A stretch of DNA of 64,000 bases from the human T2T-CHM13v2.0 reference genome, Homo sapiens. The stretch lies in NCBI RefSeq assembly GCF_009914755.1, contig NC_060939.1, one strand, 5' to 3'. The stretch's first letter is position 1, and each line of letters starts with the position of its first letter. The position numbers and the translations under genes were made by a program. The notes under the pieces were generated by a model. It was not told where the DNA came from and did not search any database. It saw only the letters and a list, made by a program, of their open reading frames with translations. This document shows positions 1 through 12,939 of this stretch, piece after piece.

Positions 1-483
1 TGAAACATGAAGGAAAATCTCAAGTTTGCCCACAGGGCATTCTAGATTCCCAAACGTAGAAGCTAGCCAGATAATTACACCCATATGTACCCATGTAAAC
101 TCATTCACAAATGAGGTTTATAGCTTCAAGTGAAACTCAAGATGTCATCAAGTTGTAACATAGCTTCGTTAATCTGTATACTATATAAAATTATTTTAAA
201 TTAATTCTTATAGTGACAAGATTTTCTTTAGAAAAATATTTCTCATACCATATACAGTTATGAATACATAAAACGTACAAATTAGTTTTAAAATTGAACA
301 TCAGTGGTCAAATTTTATGTAAAGAAAGTAAGGACTTCTGTCCATATCCTGCCAACAATTTAAGGTTTTGTAAATTTCATTTTGCTAAGAGGCCTTGACA
401 AATTACATGACCCTAATAATTGTATTTTAATCTAGAAATCTGAATTGAGAAATAAAAATAATAAATTAACATTAAGTATGATA

Positions 484-710
484 ATCGGCACTTACACAGC
501 ACCATGTGCTGGATGCTATCCTAAATACCTTACACATACTAATTTAATTGATTTAGTTGAAGTTACTCATCAATCCAATATTTTTGCATGGGATAAGAAG
601 GAATTCCATGTGACTATTCTGAGATAATTCTGAGGAAGATTTTTCACTTAAATAGTAAGAAACAGGGAAAGCAAGGTGTTCAGTCTTTATCCAACCTCAC
701 ATTCATTTCT
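484..710 (-). mobile_element. MIR SINE (degenerate)
   Basis: Resembles the MIR antisense pattern (TGTGCTGGATGCT...TTACACATACTAATTTAAT); boundaries approximate. Confidence 0.5.
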
Positions 711-2555
711 TATTCTGGACCATAGTACAGAAGCCACAGAGATTTATGAGAACCCTGTTTATAAGTGAGTAGAAATGTTCTGTTTATACCAAATCTTAAA
801 CTGTTTTCAGAAAGAAAACTATATAGTTTAAAAAGTGACTAACTTTTTTAAAGTGATTAGAGTTAGAATTTCTAGATGTAATGACCCTCTAAGCATCTTA
901 ATAGTTAATTTGGGGAGATCTGGTCTTCATCCTTCATGTTCCACATAAGCCTGGATTCCTCAATGTCTTTTGTACACCAACATCTTCCTAGTCCCAGAAA
1001 ACCTAAGATATAATAATACAAAATATTCAAAACTTGAACTGATTTTTGAATTATGACATTATATATGTCACAAGTATTCACATAACCTATTCCTGAAGGA
1101 CTCTGGATTTGCTTATTGATAGCTATATTCACTCCTGACTTGATATCCAGAGCTATTAGTAGACTATTTATGGCATGGAATTTACAATGCTTATCTGTTG
1201 CCACATTCAATAGAAATCATTCCTGAAAGTTGATAATATTGTACCTCCATCCCCCAAGCTGGCAGAAACCCTAGAATAAAGAATTATATGAGGCTCATTT
1301 TTTTTTCAGTCTACTGAAATACATAATATGATGCTCTGAAATTATCTATAAATGCCTTAAAACATAAATTCAACTAGATGAAAGGTATATTTTCGCATAT
1401 CACATAAGAACAAAAGATAGAGTAAAATAAAATGGCTTGAAAACCTACTATCCAAATGGAGTAATCTTTTCCTTCTGTGAACCATCCCAAGATAGATATA
1501 AACTGAGCTTGAGGGATGCAGAGGCTGACAGACATGCCATATTATGCAGGGATACATTTTATGACTCAGGGCTATTGCCCTCTAGAGATAGAGCAGACAC
1601 CATGGTCCACTTCACCTGAGGCCACAGATCACACTCAAGTTGCAGGTCCCAGGGGTGCTGTCATCCCAGGGAACCACTAGAGTCCCTTTTTTGTCCAGAT
1701 CTCAATCTCTATCCCTCCTCTGGGGTCAGAAGAGCCAAAGGCACTGAGATGGTCTACATAAATCTATGCAAATTCATTGGGTGGGGCTGGGAGTTCACTT
1801 TATCGATTTAGGTCAATTTAAATTCAACAGCAGCACATGAAATATCAGTAAGATCCATTACTCACAGTATCTTGGGATCCTTAGAGAATTATCCTTAAGT
1901 GTGTAAATAAAGTCTATTTATTCAAATGATGAACTTTACTGAAAGACTCACAGGACTTCCATCTGAAGCTGCCACATCCTTAACATGACTTCAGCAAAGT
2001 GTATTTTTGCAACTCTGAATTGAATCCCTGCATTGATGATGATACCATACATTTATGATGAGTAATATAGGAAGAAAAGTGCTAGTCCTCGAAAGAATTT
2101 TTTTGGATCTCTTATTTATTGCATTTTAATAGAAACTCAGAGAAAGCCTTATCTCCTGTCATTTGGTTTAAATTCCACAGTACTTTTTTTATTTGACCAA
2201 ATTCCCTTATCTCTTATTTCCTTGTATTCTGCTGTGCCAGCCTCCTAGCAGTTGATATACTTATCTATGGTTTTATAATAAAATTTTGGCTTCTACTGAG
2301 GGAAAAGGAAAAAAAAAAACAGAAAGAAAAGGAAAAGCTGTTCCTTTGATACTAAATATACCAGTTGCCTGCATCCATTATATGATGTTGAAATAGGTGC
2401 CTGTTCTTGGCATATTTGGGAAGCTTTGGGAATTACTGCCTTGCATCCCACTTAAAGGTTTACATGGTACTACTGTCATAGCCTCCGATTTCTATACGGA
2501 ACAGAAGACAGATACGGTGTACAAGTCATTAAAAAATGGAACAAAAAACAATGTA

Positions 2556-2556
<1 letters not shown>

Positions 2557-2595
<39 letters not shown>
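2557..2595. repeat. (AC)19 microsatellite
   Basis: Pure AC dinucleotide run. Confidence 0.97.
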
Positions 2596-2596
<1 letters not shown>

Positions 2597-3128
2597 CAAA
2601 ATGGCCAAACAGAAATAAAAAGAGTATAGAAATAATATACATCTAGGGTTGCTTTCTGTTCTTTTTTTCCTTTCAGTCAAAAGTAAGCTATGACTTCTGT
2701 TTCAAAATTAAAGAAAAGCACAGTGTGCCTTCTTAACTTGACATTAATTATTTTACTTATTTTGATCCCAATTTGAAAATTAAAGAAAATTTTAAATCAA
2801 GTTAATCCAATATGTGACAAAAGTAGTCAAAAATCCAGACTCTCTAAAGTGGGGATAAAGTGTAGATTCTGATAGTCTCATAGTCTTCCTGCAAGGAGAA
2901 AGATAAAAACTCATAAACACATAAATGAATACTCTTAAGTAGTTGTAGACAACGACACTCCCTTTTCAAAGGGTTGTGGGAAGGGGGTTTTCATGCTGGT
3001 TATTGATCCAGTAAGAGCCAACAAGTACAAGCAAAGTGAAGCATCTATGTGCCAGATGTTCTCCTGGGTACTGGTTCTTGGAGCTATGAGTAAGATATCA
3101 TCCTGATCTACAATTTGGAATCACAGCA

Positions 3129-3329
3129 CCAGGCAATGTAGTTCATGTCTGTAATCCTAGCACTCTGGGAGGCTGAAGTAGGAGGATGATTTGAGCCCAG
3201 GAGTTCAAGACCAGCCCGGGCAACATAGCGAGACCTGGTTTCTAAAAAAAAAAAAAAAAAAAAAAAGAAAGAAAGAAAAAGAGAGAGAGAAAGAAAGAAA
3301 GAAAGAAGAAAGAAAGAAAGAAAGAAAGA

Positions 3330-3370
<41 letters not shown>

Positions 3371-3628
3371 GAAAGAAAGAAAGAAGAAAGAAAAGAAAAG
3401 AAAAGAAAAGAAAAGAAAAGAAAAGAAAAGAAAAGAAAAGAAAAGAAAAGAAAATTAGTTGGGCATGGTGGCATGTGCCTGTAATCCCAGTTACTCTGGA
3501 GACTGAGGCGGGAGGATAGCTTGAGCCCAGAAGGGGGAGTCTGCAATAAGCCATAATAGTGCCACTGCATTCCAGCCTAGGCACAGAGCAAAACCCTGTT
3601 TCTACAATAAATAAAATAGAACAGAATA
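3129..3628 (+). mobile_element. AluJ-type SINE with an expanded A-rich central linker
   Basis: Both Alu arms present; J-type GGAGGAT..TTGAGCCCAGG; flanking TSD GAATCACAGCA (3118) / GAATCACCGCA (3629). Confidence 0.92.
3244..3454 (+). repeat. Compound A-run/(GAAA)n/(AAAAG)12 polypurine microsatellite
   Basis: About 210 nt of only A and G inside the Alu linker; 12 perfect AAAAG units at 3391-3450. Confidence 0.97.
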
Positions 3629-3644
3629 GAATCACCGCACCATG

Positions 3645-3725
3645 TGCCATATGTAAAACTCATCTGATCTCTGAACCCCACTTACCTGATCTGTAAAATG
3701 GAGACCGTACTATCTATTTTGCTTG
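3645..3725 (+). mobile_element. MIR core fragment
   Basis: CTCTGAACCCCACTTACCTGATCTGTAAAATGG resembles the MIR core. Confidence 0.65.
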
Positions 3726-3916
3726 AAAGATGGAAACAGAACCACATGATATTTTTAAGTTCTTGCTGAAATAGTTTTATAATTTGAGCTATTTTGCCTG
3801 GTTCTATGGACACAAATAACATTCTATGAAAAGATGGACTCCAGGTGAATCTCTTTCAGGAAACGACTTGGCTTTATAACAAGCAGATCTGGACTTCTAT
3901 GATTGTACTGACTTAC

Positions 3917-4217
3917 GGGGAACAAAAATACTAATTTTACGTCCTTTCTGAATCATCCCTTCTGTATCCACTTTGCCGAATTTGACACTAAGATGCAGTT
4001 ATACTGTGTAGAAAATGCACAATTTGTTTGCTCTTAGTCAGGAACAGTTTGGTGCCTCCCCAAAGCTGGGGTTTTGGAAACTGACAAGCCGCCACTTTTC
4101 ACCAGCAGTAAATTCACCAGAACTTCTTTGAATGTTCATAAGGAAGATAGAGGATCTCCTTCTCCTTCCTTGTCTTTGCTAACAGATGTTTTGCCTCTGT
4201 GACAGAGTACAATAAAC
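3917..4217 (-). other. Candidate spliced exon (301 nt; alternative acceptor at 4003)
   Basis: Minus-strand acceptor TTCTGCCTTCATTATTTCACAG|G and donor CCC|GTAAGTCAG in non-repeat sequence; no frame open across the whole exon; ends in ATG-MIQKGRKISIFVP (phase 1). Confidence 0.4.
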
Positions 4218-4626
4218 CTGTGAAATAATGAAGGCAGAACTCACAATGAAACACCGGCTACTTTTGAAGGGAACAAACTGATGGGATTATTTCCATGATA
4301 TTCAGCTGTGACAGAATGTGACAACTATACCTTTATACCTTTTCATTTCCTATCCGGCCTCCAGGAAATGGAAGATTTAGTATCATTTCGCACACTTTAA
4401 GTCTGAGAAACTACTCCTTATGGCTTCTTATGAGTACTAGAGGCTGGAAAAGAAATCAAGTTGCTTTAGATTTGCAGCAAGGATTTGTATTAAGTTGCTT
4501 CAATTTGCAGTGGAGATGCTGGCGGCACTTTGCAAATATTGTCACCATTGACCTGCAAAGGTTTTACATCTAAACCTTTGAGCATTGCTTTGATGCCAGC
4601 AAATGAGCTGTTTTCAATCCGTGTTC

Positions 4627-4629
<3 letters not shown>

Positions 4630-4660
<31 letters not shown>
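4630..4660. repeat. Poly(T)31
   Basis: Homopolymer run. Confidence 0.95.
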
Positions 4661-4663
<3 letters not shown>

Positions 4664-5309
4664 ATTTTGCCAGGTTCCAAGCTGAGACTGTCAACATTAC
4701 TATAACTTGTGGTCTTGCACAGCCTTCAGTTTAAAACAATTTCCATGCACATTTATTCAGGCCGAGACACAAGCAGGAGGTCCCAAGGTGGCAGGTTCTT
4801 GCATTACTCTAATCCAGTTACCACTGAGTTAAAATGCTTTTATTATAGTCTCAAATCCCTGGGAGAAAGTAGGTATGACAAGCCAGGGTCTGCTTATTAT
4901 GTTTTAAACCAAGATTGACTCCAGGAAATAGTAGCAAGACTGAACAAGTACATTTTTACATACTTCACTTCTTCTGCCTTTCTTGGTTCATAATTTTAAT
5001 TCTTCTTAATTTGAATTCTCTTCAAGGTCTTTCGGCCTACGATGGTGGAGATTTGGAGAGCAACAATATAAGCAATAATTATAAAATAAATTACTTATTT
5101 ATTCAAAGTCCTTTGAAAACCTTATGTGTCTTGGGCATGCATTAACCGACCCCTACCCCCTACTCAACTAAGATATTTTAAAACTGTCTAAACCTGTTCA
5201 CCTATCTACTGGTGAATTATTGAAAATTAACTGCTGCCTTAACTGCCTCCTTAATCATTGCAGATGAACATGCTAAATCAAATATTTAAGGTACAATTTT
5301 ATATAATGC

Positions 5310-5700
5310 AACTTATTTATTCAATTAATATTTATGAAACAGCTACTTAAATGCAGGTAGTGTGTTAGCGAGGTGTCTCAAAGGAGGAAGGGTAGGCATA
5401 ATACCAGCGTTTTGAGCTTACAGTCTTATTGGGGAAATTTGACAAGTAAGCAAGTAATTTTAATAATTTAAGATACATACATGCTAGAACAGGAGAAGGA
5501 AAGAAGTGCAGAAGGGAAGTCTCAGGACTTGTAGAAACCCATCTCCCAGGCCAGACATGAAGGCTTCCTGAAGGACTTTTGCCTTGGATTAAGCTAAGGG
5601 GTGCAAATGTGTTTTAGAGGAAGGACAGACAGCTTTCATGCAGCATGATTAGCTATGCAAAGTGGAGAAGGGCTGGGAAGGATTTAGAAAGATACCAGAA
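5310..5700 (-). mobile_element. L2 3' fragment
   Basis: Antisense L2 3' pattern (TTTATTCAATTAATATTTATGAAACAGCTACT...GAGCTTACAGTCT). Confidence 0.6.
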
Positions 5701-5727
5701 AAAGGAAGATAAAATAAGGGTTACTCT

Positions 5728-6017
<290 letters not shown>

Positions 6018-6102
6018 TTACTCTATTCTAGTGCATCTACCTGCAACCTCATTTGCCCAGTGTTGCTGCGGATGAGTCAATTTTCTGAGTGACGCTTACA
6101 CC

Positions 6103-6358
6103 ATTCAATTGTCCAAACTCGACTTTTGTGTCAGTCATAGAGACATTTATCTTAAGGCATCACCTCATTCTTTGCCTTATCAAACAGTTCACCCTGATAA
6201 TTTTTCTGCACTTGATGTCTTGTGCAAGAAATGAGAAGAATGAAAGTGTCTTATATTTCTACCTAATGTGTAATATGTATTACGCCATAGTAGTATCATA
6301 GAAGCTACTGTGAAAATATCTGCCTTATAACATTCTTGTAGTTGGACATCCTGTATGT
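6103..6358 (+). repeat. 256-bp direct repeat, copy 1 (probable source)
   Basis: Identical to 8545-8800 except at 6247/8689 (T/C) and 6304/8746 (G/A). Confidence 0.97.
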
Positions 6359-7299
6359 TCAGGTCAAGTTTTCGCTAACAGAAACCCAGAAATACAGTGG
6401 GCTGAGCCTTGAATTTGGAGTGCTTATGTGAACTACAATCAAAACCTTCAAGTTTGTCACCATGCCATTATTAATGGATGTTTAACACCCTGCTAAGCTG
6501 CTCTACCACTCAGCTGTTTTCTTAAACTTGGTTGAATAACTGGTATTCTTCCTGCTCACAAAGTCTTTGTTAGTGTGCATATTGCAAAACCATCCTAAGT
6601 AAACAGTCTGTGTCATCTGTATTAAAGGGAAGTTATGCATGGATTAGTGTATAATAGCATGGGTTAGGGAGAAAAATGAGTCACCAAAGTAGCTGGTTCA
6701 AAGGAATAAATCACTAAATCATTATCTTGATGCCCGACTTAGGAAGCTTTAGCCCTCAAAGACATAATGTCTAAAATATAAAAACTACTGTATAAAGCCC
6801 AAGGCCCATCACTGTAGTCTGGTAGTTTATGATGGAAGACTATAGACTGTGCCTACACTTAACAAAACACAGGATTTAGAAGAAAATATGGAAAAAAGTA
6901 TGATATTCGGCAATTTTTTTGCTATCTGAGGGTAAAAATCAGAAGCCATTGCCATACAAAATATATAGTAGGTAGGAATAACTTGCATTGCATATCAAGT
7001 ACAGAAATATTTGGAAGCATCTTCCTGAAAAGGTTTTTATCCATTTATTGTATCCATTTTCTGTACATGGTGCAGAGGACACGTAAGATATACATGGCAT
7101 CAAGAACATCACAGTCAGAAGCAGACTTTATGGATGTATCAAAGCCAATTCGTTACAAGAGGCTGTCTGTGGCACTGTTTTGAGAGGCATCCTGAGTACC
7201 GTGGTATTTACGGTATGCTCAGTGCTCAGCAGGAGAGTGCTGTGATCAGTTGGCCATGTCTAGCTGGGATGCTATGATGGAAGTGAAGACCTAAGTATC

Positions 7300-7600
7300 A
7301 GGTGTTTGACAGCAGCAATGAAGGTGAAGTGATAGTCATGTAAACAACGGTGTACAATAAAATGCAAATATAGAAAAGCACAGGAGGTGCTGTGGGAACC
7401 CAATAGTGGTAGGGTGGGTCAGGGAAGGTTCTAAAGGGGAGATGATACTAGATTTGAGTCTCTAATGGAATCAGGTGTGCATCAGGTTGATGACGGTGTG
7501 AAAGCCACTCCCAGGGAACACAGTAATACACACAGACAGAAAGATGAGAAGGAGCACGGAGCGTTCAAATACTCACAGCAGTTTAGCATTTCTAGAGGAG
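7300..7600 (-). mobile_element. L2 fragment, outer element of a nested set (continues at about 9280-9740)
   Basis: Antisense L2 motifs GGTCAGGGAAGG...GAGATGATACTAGATTTGAGTCT. Confidence 0.6.
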
Positions 7601-7799
7601 AGCGGGCAAACCGAAGTTCCCATGTCCAGTCTGTTTCCAGTTCCTGTTGACTTTAATTCCTAAATATTTCTCAAACTTATTTCCTTCTCTACATCCAGGC
7701 CACCACCCTGGACTCAAACTTCACATTTTACCTAGGCTATCACAGTGGCCTCCTGACTGCTTTTTGCACATCCACATTTTACTTCTCTATTTGTTTCCT

Positions 7800-8440
7800 T
7801 ATTTGTTTATTCATTCAATGCTTTCACTGAAGGATATTTTACATATTATAAAACTCATTTATTTTGAGTATACAAGTCACTGGTTTTTTAAAGTAAATTT
7901 AAAGTGTGTGCAGCCATTATCACAATCCAATTTTAGAACATTTCCATCAATCCAAAAAGATTTTTTGTGTCCATTAGCAGTAACTTCCCATTCCCTCCTC
8001 CAACCTCCATCCTGTGGCAAACACTAAAAGATTCTCTGTCTCCACAGATTTGCCTTTCTGGATGCTTCATATATATGAACTCATATAATAAGCAGTATTT
8101 TGTGTCTGGCTTCCTTAGCATAGTGTTTTTGAGGTTCATCCATGTTGTTGTACATATAAGTACTTTATTCTTTTTTCTGGCAGAATAGCATACGATTGTA
8201 TGGATATATCATATTTTATCCATTCACCTGTTGACGGACATTTGGGTTCTTTCTACTTTTGGTTATTATGAATAATAATATGATAGACATTGACATACAA
8301 GTTTTGTGTAGACATATGTTTTTATTTCTTTTGCTTAGATACCTAGAAGTGAAATTTCTGGTCATAAGGTAAATTTAAGGCATTGCCAACTCTTCAAGAG
8401 TGGCTTTACAATGTTTTATTTCCATCAACAGTGTGCACAG
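7800..8440 (-). mobile_element. L1MB-type 3' end
   Basis: TTTTAGAACATTTCCATCA...GATTTGCCTTTCTGGA...GAGGTTCATCCATGTTG...GGACATTTGGGTT. Confidence 0.85.
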
Positions 8441-8544
8441 TATTTCCCTTTCCAGTTTTTACTCCACACTGTTACCAGAGGGCTTTTTTTTTTCAAAATT
8501 CAAATATATCATATTATTTTTATGGCTCTAAAAGATTTCATTGG

Positions 8545-8800
8545 ATTCAATTGTCCAAACTCGACTTTTGTGTCAGTCATAGAGACATTTATCTTAAGGC
8601 ATCACCTCATTCTTTGCCTTATCAAACAGTTCACCCTGATAATTTTTCTGCACTTGATGTCTTGTGCAAGAAATGAGAAGAATGAAAGCGTCTTATATTT
8701 CTACCTAATGTGTAATATGTATTACGCCATAGTAGTATCATAGAAACTACTGTGAAAATATCTGCCTTATAACATTCTTGTAGTTGGACATCCTGTATGT
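8545..8800 (+). repeat. 256-bp direct repeat, copy 2 (inserted into L2)
   Basis: 254/256 identical to 6103-6358; offset 2442 bp. Confidence 0.97.
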
Positions 8801-11162
8801 GATGTGAGTAAAGCACCACATATTTAACAGAGCCTATGAGGTCCAGGTAAAGGCCTGGTCCTTATTTACCTCTTTATGTCTTCATATTCCATCTTCCTCT
8901 ATATTCCAGCCACACCAGCCTCCTTTCGGTTCTTTAAACATAACGCATTCCCATAACAGAGGCCTTGCAAATACTGTTCCCAAGCCTTAAATGCTCACTC
9001 TGCCTCCCATTTCCATTTCTTCTCCTCCTTAATAATGCCTATCCCTCCTTTGGATATCAGATCAGATGCCTTCTCTAACTCCCTAGACTGAGTTAGATTT
9101 CTTCATGACGTACCTTTGCATTTTATTTATCTTGGTTTACAGTTGTGTTTTTATCTATTTAATACATCTCTCTGCCAACAGAACCTAAGCTCCCCAAAGA
9201 GGGGATCATGCTAGCCGTTGCTCACAATAGCTCGTAAGAAGCCTTCAGTAAACATTTGTTGAAAAAATAAAAACAGCCCAGAATCGAGAGAGATGGTTGG
9301 AGAGGTGGTGGTGGATTGGATCATGGAAAGGTCTTGGACATTTTGTGAAGGGATTTGTACTTTATCCTGTGGGTGATGAGCAGGTGAAGTACCTTAAGAT
9401 AGGTAGAGACATAAATTTGTGTTTGCATCATTTCATTTCAGTTTCTTTATGAAGAAAGTAAAGAAGCAAAGAATAGAAGCAGAAAATGTACTTAAGAGGT
9501 AGGCACTGAGAGAAGGGTTTAGATTCAAGAACAATTATGACTCTCAGTTTTCTAGCATCAGTAGATGAGTCTAAGCTATTCATTGAAACAGAAAGAAAAT
9601 GATTATTGTATAATTTAATTTGTGAGTCTAGTACTCAAAAAAGGATCTAGACTGTGTATAAGTAGCCTGTACAGGTTATCATGAAAACCATTTTCACCTA
9701 TGAGATAGAGTAGAAGAATAAGCCAAAGATGGAACCCCGGTGATCCCAACATGTAATGAGTCCCAAGGGAAAAAAAAAAAAAAAAAAACAAGAAACAAAC
9801 ATGAAAGAACAGGGAGTGAAAGGAAGAGAGCTTTAGTAAGTAAAGTGAGGATCACCATTTCCATATGCAGAATGGGCTTTCAAACACAGACTACAAAGAC
9901 CCATGGTTTTAACAGGAAATAAAAAGTAGGTCAATAGGATTTTATCTACTAAATTGTTGAAACTAGCGCTACAGAATGGTTTCTGATTAATTTTCTGTGA
10001 GTTAGTAAATGCTTTATTTTGGGTGCAAATAAGAGTTTGTTTAGGAAATAAATTAGAATTTTTTAAAGAAAACTGGAAGTGAAAAAGCAAGACTTCCTAA
10101 TTCTGCCCAAGTTTCTGTCTGTCTTTCTTCCTTCCCAATCTGTTTTGACATCAAGACTACCTTGTTTTGTCAACTGTGCTGGAGACAGATAAGGATGGCA
10201 GGTATGCAGCTTAGTATTCATTAAGTCTCAGGTTGTCTTGACATCTGCCAATAGCTAAAACACTTTATTTTTAAGTCAGAATTATCTGTTCATTCACTTT
10301 TCTTGCTATTCAAGTTTAGTGACACTGCCAAAAAACACCATCACCAATGACAAAACTGAATTGTAGGAAAATAGCAAATGCATTTTTAACAAAGTCAAAT
10401 TAGCTTTTGAATTTTTCTTTTTACTTTGTATTTACTTGTAAATTACTTTTACAAAAAAAGTATTAGACTAATTTAATCAAGTTCAGATTTAATATTGTTT
10501 TCTTATAAACTCAAAAATTTAAAATCTTACAGCCAAAAGAAGGGATAATAAATTTAGGGTGGGACTCCATAGACATTTCAATAGCTTACCATAGTTAAGC
10601 AAACCTTTACGTAACAAACCTAAGTACCAATAATGTCCTCATAGTTTGGGAAAATCTCTTTAAAATCTGAAAAAAAAGTTGATATTTCAATGACAAATAC
10701 TATTTTAATATAGCTGCAAATGGTAATGTTATCAATGTACTGCAAAATTATATTGGTAATATCTACTGATTTTTCAGCTTAACAGAATATATTAATTATT
10801 CATTAGGTACAGTATAAATTAGATGGTTATTTCTAAAAATCAATTTTTTTAATTTTAAAAAATCTTTCTTACTAATATTTCTTACTTTGAGAATTATACT
10901 CTTGAAAGAAATCATTTTAAAGTGTTTCTGAGGCTTAATTAAAACTATAGGCAACTCTCAAAAATTGGAATACATATATTTTAACAGTTCTCTGTGAAAT
11001 GAAATTTAGATTTAGATTTTTAAGTGAAATAATTGGAAAACTAGGCAAAAATATGCCCATATACTTAGTCAAAGATTTTTTCTTCATCCAGCCATGGTCT
11101 GAGAAGCAATGCATATATGACTAAAGATTTCATGTGCAAAAACCAAATTACTTCAGAGTGGA

Positions 11163-11193
<31 letters not shown>

Positions 11194-11195
11194 AT

Positions 11196-11223
<28 letters not shown>
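11163..11223. repeat. Compound (TC)n(CA)n microsatellite
   Basis: Direct reading. Confidence 0.95.
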
Positions 11224-11227
<4 letters not shown>

Positions 11228-12574
11228 CACCCAACAGCTATTTAAGCAGCAAAACTAAAGAGGCTAAGATTCCAGAGATAAGGGAAGCAGAGAGAAATCA
11301 AGCTCTCATTTGACATCACTTTTCTCCTAGAGGCAACTTCTGATTTCCCAAAAACAGTTGATAAGCAGAAAAGAAAGTGACAACTGAGAAGCTGGGCCAA
11401 GCTTCCAGTCTTTTGTAGCTGGGGTGACAATATTGGAGACCATAAGGTAAAGGGCCCCTGATAAACACCCAGGGTTCTCAACTGGGATCTTGAAAAACAT
11501 AAATCCTAGCATTAGACAGCAACTAAAACTTCTTTCAAAGACCTCAGCCTAGCTTTAAACACAACTGATGCATGAATTAAATGAAAGTATTATTCCCTTT
11601 TCTAAACTGCTTGTAATGCAAAATAAAAAAGATAACACCTCACAGAAAGAAGATAATACTTTTCAAAGCTTTAAACTGTCTCCATTTTTTTTATACATGA
11701 CGTCAAGCATTGAATTTTAAAAAATGAATTAGGTACACTAGGAAAGAACTCACCAAAATCCAATAGAATATACATACAATAAAAACAGGCCTTAGAAAAT
11801 TCTGATATTGGAGTTACCAGTCATGAATTTTAACACAACTATTTTTTAACAGTTAATACATTCAAGATCAGTATCAAGATATTAGATTGAAATGTTAAAT
11901 GAAATTTAGATGAAGAAATAATCAGGAAAAATCCTATAAGTGAAGAATAATATAACTAGAATTAAGAACTCAAATGATGGTACAGCCAAAGAAAAGATTA
12001 GTGAACCAGAGGATTGGTTAAAAGAAAATATCCAGACTGGAGCACAAAAAAGGAAAAGAATGAAAAATACAAAATAAAACAAAAATAGTATGAGAAAGAT
12101 ATAGAGCACAGTAAATATGTTTAACACATATGCAATTGAAGTGCCAGAGGCACTTCAATTAGAAGTGAGAAGAGAAGCAAGAGAGAATGGAACAGAAACC
12201 ATCATTGAAGAGATACTAAGGATTTGTCAAATGTGATTAAATAAATCAACCCCAGACATGATAAATACAAAGAAATGATACATGTGTACATCACGTCAAA
12301 ACTTCTGACGATCAAGAGCAAATAAATCATCTTAAGAGAAGTCAGAGAAAGGACAGACATCTTCAAAGAAGCAACAGACTTCTCAATAGAACAACAATAT
12401 GCATAAAATAATAGACTCAGATCTTTGAAGTGCTACAATAATATTTCTAGCGCCCATACAGAATTGTATACTATGTACTTCAGTGAACACATACTTCATG
12501 AATGAAAACAAAACAGACATCTCAAGCAAAAAGAAAAAATTCATTGCCGGCATGTCTGCACTAAAAGAAGTATA

Positions 12575-12939
<365 letters not shown>

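Larger units (their letters stand above)
7612..9270 (+). mobile_element. L2 3' region interrupted by an L1MB and by the 256-bp duplication
   Basis: Sense L2 motifs GGCCTCCTGACTG, TCCACACTGTTACCAGAG, TCCAGCCACACCAGCCTCC, and the 3' end CAGTAAACATTTGTTGAA. Confidence 0.7.

Noticed and set aside
3108-3650. ORFs of 97-180 aa rich in F/S/L or K/R/E
   Set aside because: Translations of an Alu plus its purine microsatellite, which has no stop codons because of its composition
3679-3700. Perfect minus-strand donor CAG|GTAAGT
   Set aside because: Lies in a MIR core with only a 5-nt pseudo-exon; it shows that donor-like motifs arise by chance
4630-4660. Orphan poly(T)31 as an extremely truncated retro-insertion
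   Set aside because: No convincing TSD or element body
6089-8743. Two ORFs with identical C-termini (FNCPNSTFVSV...YYAIVVS), suggesting a duplicated gene
   Set aside because: Fully explained by the 256-bp DNA duplication; one starts at GTG and the other inside an L1; no splice or homology support
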